A stretch of DNA of 64,000 nt, taken from the NCBI GenBank assembly GCA_965222425.1, contig CBDCTW010000018.1, positions 113,925 through 177,924 on the forward strand, read 5' to 3'. The notes under the pieces are model-generated. The model was not told where the DNA came from and did no database searches. It saw only the letters and a list, made by a program, of their open reading frames with translations. Within the stretch, counting starts at the first letter, position 1; every line of letters starts with the position of its first letter. Positions 57,432 to 64,000 of the stretch are shown here, piece after piece. The DNA comes from Candidatus Marinacidobacterales bacterium (GTDB taxonomy: Bacteria; Acidobacteriota; Vicinamibacteria; Marinacidobacterales; DATDRI01). Both the position numbers and the translations under genes were made by a program.

Positions 57432-58457
57432 ATGGACTACTCCTCGGCGGGAGTTGATATCGATGCGGCGGCCAAGACGATGGAGAAGATCCGCCGGCTG
57501 GCTCGTAAGACCTTCACCGCAGGAACCCTCGGAGACATCGGAAGCTTCGGGGGGCTCTTCCGTTTGGACACGAGTAAATACCGAGACCCGGTCTTGGTCG
57601 CCAGCACAGACGGAGTCGGGACGAAGCTGAAAGTCGCTTTCTCCTCCGGCCGTCACGATACGGTGGGTTACGATTTGGTCTCCCACTGTATCAACGACAT
57701 TTTCGTGCAAGGGGCTAGGCCTCTCTTTTTTCTCGACTACCTGGCAATGGGGAAGCTCGTGCCTGACGTGGCGGAGGCGGTGGTCTCCGGGATCGCTCGG
57801 GCCTGCGAGGAGTTTGGAGTGTCGCTCCTGGGTGGCGAGACGGCCGAGATGCCCGGCTTGTATCAGGAGGGCGAGTACGATCTGGCGGGGACTATCGTAG
57901 GTGTCGTGGAGCGAGAGGACATCATCGATGGATCGAGTGTCGAGCCCGGCGACGTGCTGATTGGACTCGGCTCAACGGGTCTCCACACCAACGGATACTC
58001 ACTGGCCCGGAAGATCTTCTTCGAGAAAGAAGGACTGAGGCCAGAAAGTGTTGTGGAAGAGTTAGGTGCTTCGGTGGCCGACCTCCTCCTCGCTCCACAC
58101 CGCTGCTACCTTCCTTTGGTAGAGCCTCTTCTCGAAAAGAGGTTGGTCAAGGCCATGGCCCACATTACCGGAGGCGGCCTCACGGATAACATTCCGCGAG
58201 TCTTGCCGCGCGGTACTGCGGCATGCGTTCGCTTGGGCAGTTGGGCGCTTCCTGAGCTCTTCGACTACCTGAGGCGTAAGGGCTCGGTCTCGGAGAGCGA
58301 GATGTTGCGCACGTTCAATGTGGGGATCGGCATGGTCGTGATGGTGGCGAGCCCGCATCGGCCCGAAGCCCTCGAGCTGCTGTCGAGCCACGCGCCGTTG
58401 GTCATTGGGGAGATCGTCACCGGAGACGGCAGAGTCCTTTACGAGGGATCGCTTTGA
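57432..58457 (+). CDS. purM: Phosphoribosylformylglycinamidine cyclo-ligase
   Basis: YSSAGVDID, TDGVGTKL, GGETAEMPG, GLHTNGYSL and AHITGGG motifs. Start could be 57423. Confidence 0.97.
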   Translation: MDYSSAGVDIDAAAKTMEKIRRLARKTFTAGTLGDIGSFGGLFRLDTSKYRDPVLVASTDGVGTKLKVAFSSGRHDTVGYDLVSHCINDIFVQGARPLFFLDYLAMGKLVPDVAEAVVSGIARACEEFGVSLLGGETAEMPGLYQEGEYDLAGTIVGVVEREDIIDGSSVEPGDVLIGLGSTGLHTNGYSLARKIFFEKEGLRPESVVEELGASVADLLLAPHRCYLPLVEPLLEKRLVKAMAHITGGGLTDNIPRVLPRGTAACVRLGSWALPELFDYLRRKGSVSESEMLRTFNVGIGMVVMVASPHRPEALELLSSHAPLVIGEIVTGDGRVLYEGSL

Positions 58458-59098
58458 GCGCGGACGGCCGCACGCTCGGAATCTTGATTTCCGGGCGCGG
58501 CTCGAATCTCCAAGCCATTCTCGACGCGATTGGTCAGGGCGAGCTGGACGCGCGGATCGGGATCGTCGTGAGCAACGTGGCGTCGGCGGCGGGGCTCGCC
58601 CGGGCGCGCGAGGCCGACGTTCCCACTGCCGTCTTCGATCACAAGAGTTGTGGCTCGCGTGAAGACTTTGATCAGGCGGTCGTCGACGAGCTCAATCGAC
58701 ACGAAATCGATCTAGTCTGCCTAGCCGGCTTCATGAGGCTTTTGTCTCCGGTATTTGTCCGGGCCTTTCGAAACCGCATCCTCAATATACATCCCTCACT
58801 TCTCCCTTCTTTCCCCGGACTCCATGCTCAGCGGCGGGCTCTCGAGCACGGCGTCAAAGTGTCCGGTTGTACGGTGCATGTCGTCGACGAGGAATTGGAC
58901 CACGGACCGATCGTGCTCCAAACTGCGGTCGCCGTGAAAGACGACGACACGGAAGAAACTCTCTCCGATCGCATTCTCAAGGAAGAGCACCGCGCTTATC
59001 CGAAAGCGATCCGCCTGATTCTCGATCGAAAGTCACCCTCTCCCACCCTCTATTCAGGCGGAGAGGGCCGGGCCGAGGGGGGGACCGACAGGCAGTGA
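58454..59098 (+). CDS. purN: Phosphoribosylglycinamide formyltransferase
   Basis: [28 protein letters not shown] and SGCTVH motifs. Confidence 0.97.
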   Translation: MSADGRTLGILISGRGSNLQAILDAIGQGELDARIGIVVSNVASAAGLARAREADVPTAVFDHKSCGSREDFDQAVVDELNRHEIDLVCLAGFMRLLSPVFVRAFRNRILNIHPSLLPSFPGLHAQRRALEHGVKVSGCTVHVVDEELDHGPIVLQTAVAVKDDDTEETLSDRILKEEHRAYPKAIRLILDRKSPSPTLYSGGEGRAEGGTDRQ

Positions 59099-60312
59099 AG
59101 AAGCTCTCTCTCGACGAGCAGGTCGCGTATCTCACCAAAGGAACGGTGGATGTGGTGAGGCCGGAAGAGCTCCGGGCCAAGCTCGAGCGATCGGCTAAGA
59201 CGGGCAAGCCGCTCAAGGTGAAAGTAGGTTTCGATCCTTCTGCGCCGGACATACATCTCGGCCACACCGTGGTCATGAGGAAGATGAAGCACTTCCAGGA
59301 TCTCGGCCACATCGTCTACTTCCTCATTGGAGATTTTACCGGCCTCATCGGGGATCCGAGTGGGAAGTCGAAGACACGTCCTCAACTGACGCGAGAGCAA
59401 GTCGAGCAAAATGCCGAGACCTACAAGCAACAGGTCTTCAAGATCTTGGATCCCGAGAAAACAGAAATTCCATTCAACAGTACTTGGCTTAACAAGCTCA
59501 ATGGAGAAGCTATGGTTCGCCTCACCGCGAAGTACACGGTGGCTCGCATGCTCGAGCGTGACGACTTCAAACGCCGGTACGAGGCGCAAGAGCCGATCGC
59601 CATTCATGAGTTTCTCTACCCTTTGGTCCAAGCCTACGACTCGGTACACCTCGAAGCGGATTTCGAGCTAGGCGGGACGGATCAGACATTCAACCTTCTC
59701 GTCGGCCGAGACATCATGCGTGGGTACGGACTCGAGCCGCAGGTCATCATGACCATGCCTCTTCTCGAGGGCACCGACGGCTTCGAAAAAATGTCGAAGA
59801 GCCTCGACAACTACGTCGGCGTCACCGAGCCACCGAAGGAGATGTACGGGAAGCTCATGTCGATCTCCGATGACTTAATGTTTCGGTATTACGAGCTTCT
59901 GACCGACATGAGTATCGCCGATATCGAGAGGCTTCGCGGAGAGATCAAAGAAGGGAAAGTTCACCCCAAGCAAGCCAAGATGGATTTGGCGCGCCAGATC
60001 GTCACCGACTTTCACTCTCAGGACGAAGCCCGGCAAGCCGAGGAAGCCTTCGAGGCCGTTTTTCGTAAGGGTGGACTGCCGGACGATATGCCCGAGTACC
60101 GGTTGCGAAGGGGCGCGAAGCCTATTTTTCTTTCCCGGCTGATGGTCGACGCGGGCCTCACGAGCTCAAAGAGCGAATCGGGTCGTCTCATCAAGCAGGG
60201 CGCGGTTCAAATCGACGGAAACCGCGTCGGCGACGACCGCGAGCTCGAGCCGAAGGGCTCGTTCGTATTGAAAGTCGGCAAGAGGCGCTTTTGCTGGGTC
60301 GTCCACGATTAA
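59095..60312 (+). CDS. tyrS: Tyrosine--tRNA ligase
   Basis: [20 protein letters not shown] and KMSKS motifs; C-terminal S4 domain. GTG start overlaps the purN stop. Confidence 0.97.
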   Translation: MKKLSLDEQVAYLTKGTVDVVRPEELRAKLERSAKTGKPLKVKVGFDPSAPDIHLGHTVVMRKMKHFQDLGHIVYFLIGDFTGLIGDPSGKSKTRPQLTREQVEQNAETYKQQVFKILDPEKTEIPFNSTWLNKLNGEAMVRLTAKYTVARMLERDDFKRRYEAQEPIAIHEFLYPLVQAYDSVHLEADFELGGTDQTFNLLVGRDIMRGYGLEPQVIMTMPLLEGTDGFEKMSKSLDNYVGVTEPPKEMYGKLMSISDDLMFRYYELLTDMSIADIERLRGEIKEGKVHPKQAKMDLARQIVTDFHSQDEARQAEEAFEAVFRKGGLPDDMPEYRLRRGAKPIFLSRLMVDAGLTSSKSESGRLIKQGAVQIDGNRVGDDRELEPKGSFVLKVGKRRFCWVVHD

Positions 60313-60339
60313 GCACCCGTTTGACCGTGCCCCTCCCTA

Positions 60340-60767
60340 GTCGCAGCGAGCCGAGGTTCGAGGTTCAGGCATCGATTCCCGGTGGAGAAACGACGACGAT
60401 CCCGCTGCCACGGGTTGGACCCGGTGCCTATGAGGCTTCGATCCCCGCTCCAGCCGGCTGGGTCGAGCCCCTATGCGTTTCAGCCTTGCCGCCGACGCGG
60501 TAGAGGAACAAACGCGCAAGCTCTTCTACGGCTTTTCCGACGAGTATCGATTCCGGCCCGCCCCAAACCGAGCTCCTTCGTATGGTGAGCGAAGAGACGG
60601 GTGGCAAGTTCGAACCGGAGGTCGAGGAAATCTTTGCCGACTACGGAGACCGTGTCACGGTGCCCACGCCGCTCTGGCCCTTCCTCGCGGGACTCGCTCT
60701 CGTGCTCTATCTTCTCGACGTCGACCCTCCGCCGCGCCCCCGGGCTGTGGAAGCGGTCTCATTCTGA
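60340..60767 (+). pseudogene. Frameshifted C-terminal remnant of a membrane-anchored (VWA-associated-type) protein
   Basis: Fragments in three frames: PRVGPGAYEA, SDEYRF, and LLRMVSEETGG...PLWPFLAGLALVLYLLDV. Confidence 0.55.
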
Positions 60768-61521
60768 CATGAGTCCAACATTCTTGCCGACGCGGGCATC
60801 GCGTTCGAGCTAACTGGGGATTTGGACAAAGCACTGGCTTCGTACCGCGAGTCGATGCAGATCGAAATGGAACGGCAGGACCACGTCAACCTGGCAAACC
60901 GCCTCGACCACGTCGCCAATATCTACCGGCTCAAAGGCCAGTACGACGACGCTCTCATCTATCTGGAGCAGGCAAAGTCCCACGCCGCCAAGTCCGGTGA
61001 GAAGCGCGAGAAGTCGATCAATCTTACTTATATGGGCCTGGTCCGGAAGGCCCAGGGACAATACGAACAGGCTCTCGAAACCTTGTTAGAGGCGCTGGCG
61101 ATTTCCCAGGAGATTGAGGAGCGGGCCGGTGTTGCCGAAATCCACAAATACCTCGCGGAGATTTATCACGACCAAGGGCGGTATGGTGACGCTTATAAGT
61201 CGCTCCAGCAGGGTTTGGGACTCTTCATTCAGCTTCGGAACGAGTACGACATCGCCTCGGTCCGATCTCCGCTTGGATATCTGCTTGGCGAACTTGGCTT
61301 GGCGGATGAGGCCGGCAAGGAATTGGCCGAGGCCGAACAACTTGCCGTCAGAGCCGAGGCCCAAGGTCTTATGCCTGAAATCTTACTGGGCCGGAGCGCG
61401 CTGGCCCGTTTGCAGGGAAAACATCGTGAAGCGGATCAGGCTTCCGAGCAGGTTAATGCGACCGCCGATCGGATTGGCCGAAAGGAAGTGACCATCGCGT
61501 CACAGATAGAGCGGGGCCGCG

Positions 61522-62981
61522 GGGGATGTCCCGGCCGCTGTTGAATTTGGTGGGGTAGCGGCGGCACCTGTGAATACTCTTAGGCAGCAAACTCATCGCT
61601 GTCAAGAGATTTCTGTTTGCTTCTAAGCGCGTGAACGAGAGCGCCCATATGGCGATAGCCTTTGATACGCCGGAACTTTTTCTGCGCGGTGACGACGCCA
61701 AGAGCGGTCCATCGGCGAACCATGGAAGGACTCTTCCAACGCTTGACGTTTCTCGATACTCTGCGAATGGTTCCGTTGAGATTCTCAATGGCGTTCGTCG
61801 TGGCAAGAGACTGGCGAAGTAAGGCGGGCGGCGCGAGCTTCACGACCGTGAGTGTTTCTTCCATCCCTTCACGAAGGCTTCCGGCAGCTTCGTCGTAGCC
61901 GTTTCGCTCGAGCCACGACACCAATGCCTGAAGTCGCTTGCGCGCCTTGTCGGCACTCTTGCACTTGTAGGCTTCCTTCATCGTCTGGAGCACGTAGGCG
62001 TGACGAGACTTGGGAAGGTACGAGCGAAGATTTCGGAGTTTATGGATCTGGCACCTTTGGATGACCGCGAGGTCCCCCAAAACGTCGACGAGTGCCTTGC
62101 GGATGCCTTTGCCTCCGTCCACTACGCAGAGAATCGACTCATCGACGCGCAAGCCTCGCTCGAGAAGGTCCTGCAACATCGCGGTGCACACTCGAAAGTT
62201 TTCCGTCGAGCCCAGCCATATACCCAGGGGCACCTTCGTTCCATCTATTGTAATACCTAGAGTTACGACGACGGTCTGTCCGGCCACCTCAAGGCCATCC
62301 AGCATCAGTGCCGCAAGCTCGAACTCCTCTAGCCGCCGAGACAGGTATTCCTCGAGCTTCTTAGTCGTCTGGCTCACGAGGTGACGGCTGGCGGCACTCT
62401 TACTCGTGCCACGAGACTTCAACTTGGCCGCGGGTTTGTCCAGACTCGATTCGTAATTTCGGGTCGATACGCCCACCAAGATCTGATTCAACACTCGCTC
62501 TGGAAGCGGGTCTTCTTCGCGGAAGGCTTCGAAGTGTGGAAGCGACGCCTCCGCGCCCGACTTCGAGCGAACTCGAGGTCGCGACACTTGGATGCGACGA
62601 CCACCGAAGCTCAGCTCTCCGTTCGTGCTCCCCCAGTGGTTATGAGTTCGCTCCTTCTCGTGCTTGCCCTTGAGCCCCGCGATCTCCTCGGCGTCCTCTC
62701 CGAGCAGTAGGTGCAGAGCTGTCAGTCCTTGCTCGTACACCCATTCCGTCAGATCCGCCTTCGTGGCCGCGATCCCAGCTATCATCGGTAGCAGTATCTG
62801 ACCGACTTGGCCAACTACCTTGCCCGTAGGCGAGTGCGTTTGCTTTCTTACTGGCTTCTTTGATTTCCTAGGCATTGGTGGCTCCTTGTCCCCCTCTGGA
62901 GACGGTTTATTGGCAGACCTATTCTTAGGCCGGCCAAGGAGCCGCAGCTACCCCAAATTCAACATCCGGCGGGACATCCCC
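61522..62981 (-). mobile_element. IS256-family element, copy 2 of 2
   Basis: Near-identical to 33292-34751; TSD gggccgcg. Confidence 0.93.
61580..62875 (-). CDS. IS256-family transposase
   Basis: Intact 431-aa ORF with DDE motifs. Confidence 0.92.
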   Translation of the reverse strand: MPRKSKKPVRKQTHSPTGKVVGQVGQILLPMIAGIAATKADLTEWVYEQGLTALHLLLGEDAEEIAGLKGKHEKERTHNHWGSTNGELSFGGRRIQVSRPRVRSKSGAEASLPHFEAFREEDPLPERVLNQILVGVSTRNYESSLDKPAAKLKSRGTSKSAASRHLVSQTTKKLEEYLSRRLEEFELAALMLDGLEVAGQTVVVTLGITIDGTKVPLGIWLGSTENFRVCTAMLQDLLERGLRVDESILCVVDGGKGIRKALVDVLGDLAVIQRCQIHKLRNLRSYLPKSRHAYVLQTMKEAYKCKSADKARKRLQALVSWLERNGYDEAAGSLREGMEETLTVVKLAPPALLRQSLATTNAIENLNGTIRRVSRNVKRWKSPSMVRRWTALGVVTAQKKFRRIKGYRHMGALVHALRSKQKSLDSDEFAA

Positions 62982-63506
62982 GGGCCGCGTCTATCTCGCG
63001 CAAGGAAAGCTTGCCGATGCCGAAGGCGTTCTTCTGCAAGCGAAGCAGGAGGCGGGACGAGCGCGCTTGCGTCCGTTGGAGGCGAAAGCGGTTATCGAGC
63101 TAGCGCAGGTCAAGCTCGCTCAAGGCGATGCCGAAGCTGCCCGGCAGGCGGCGTCCGATGCCATCGACTTGGCCGAGAAATTCTCCGGGCGCCCGATCCT
63201 GGTGAAGGCTAATGCCCTGCTGGGAGAGTCCCTTCTTGGGTTGGGGGATAACGCCGCGGCGGTCGAAGCCTATGCCCAGGCAGCCTCGAATCTCGCTTGG
63301 ATCCAGGGCAGCTTGCTGCCCGAGCACGTCGACTCCTTCATGGGCCGGAAGGACATTCGGGCCATGGTCCAAAGGGCGGTGGAAGTTCTCGAGGGAGCGG
63401 GCCGGGCCACGGAGGCTGCTCCTCTAACGAGATGGGCGGTCCCCTCTGTTCCGGCCCCCGATCCCTCCTAAGTCCCGGGAAAAGCTCGTCCAATGCGGGT
63501 TTTCTC

Positions 63507-63572
63507 TTGACAGGAGCTCTTACATGCATTAGCCTGTACAACTGCCCCGAGTGGGGTCTGTTCTTTGAAAAC
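63507..63572 (+). promoter_or_regulatory. rRNA operon promoter and boxA
   Basis: TTGACA (63507)-17-TAGCCT (63530); boxA-like tgttctttgaaaac (63559-63572). Confidence 0.8.
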
Positions 63573-63707
63573 TAGATAGAGCGAGAACAAGCCAAGCGAG
63601 TATTTCCAAACGAAGTAGCAACTTCGGAAGCTAGAAACAGGCTTTTGGAGTTTAACGAGTTTCGGGTTGACCGGAGCCTTCGGGCGAAGGTAGGTCTGGA
63701 GCAAGTT

Positions 63708-64000
<293 letters not shown>

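Larger units (their letters stand above)
60770..63471 (+). pseudogene. TPR-repeat protein remnant, 5'-truncated and split by IS256
   Basis: TPR repeats (LDHVANIYRLKGQYDDALIYL, MGLVRKAQGQYEQAL). The frame resumes after the gggccgcg TSD. Confidence 0.75.

Noticed and set aside
58867-59094. Long N-terminal extensions of TyrS (likewise PurM 57315, amidohydrolase 1424 and rhomboid 50051)
   Set aside because: These are ORF-caller artefacts overlapping upstream genes or elements. Better starts exist at the conserved N-termini.

Overview
This is a GC-rich bacterial chromosome segment, probably from Acidobacteriota (the partial 16S at the end reads GCTCAGAATCAACGCTGG). It has two very different halves. 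Positions 1-44,200 are an extremely IS/MITE-dense mosaic. It holds IS1-like, IS3, two IS5, two IS21 and four IS256 elements plus an rve/IS481-like element. It also holds dozens of short non-autonomous elements in two groups: a ~166-bp MITE with IS1-like ends, and at least five families sharing a C(T/C)GT-N6-7-AAA end consensus with the rve element. A few intact genes lie between them: amidohydrolase, DUF1445 hydro-lyase, NRAMP/YcsG, HU, RRM protein, bacilliredoxin, TonB receptor, HEPN protein, DUF885, a Zn-ribbon protein and a tandem TerS-like HTH protein. Many other genes are cut off at element ends, including terminase, BrxL, GGT, serine recombinase, Mrr, DUF262, DUF5916 and GMC. Positions 44,200-64,000 are largely housekeeping: SNF2+SWIM, rhomboid, thiO, carAB, DoxX, DUF2911, purMN, tyrS and the start of an rRNA operon. 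This half carries a mini-ISL3 in the purM promoter and a fifth IS256 in a TPR remnant. All family calls come from motif recognition by eye; no database search was run.
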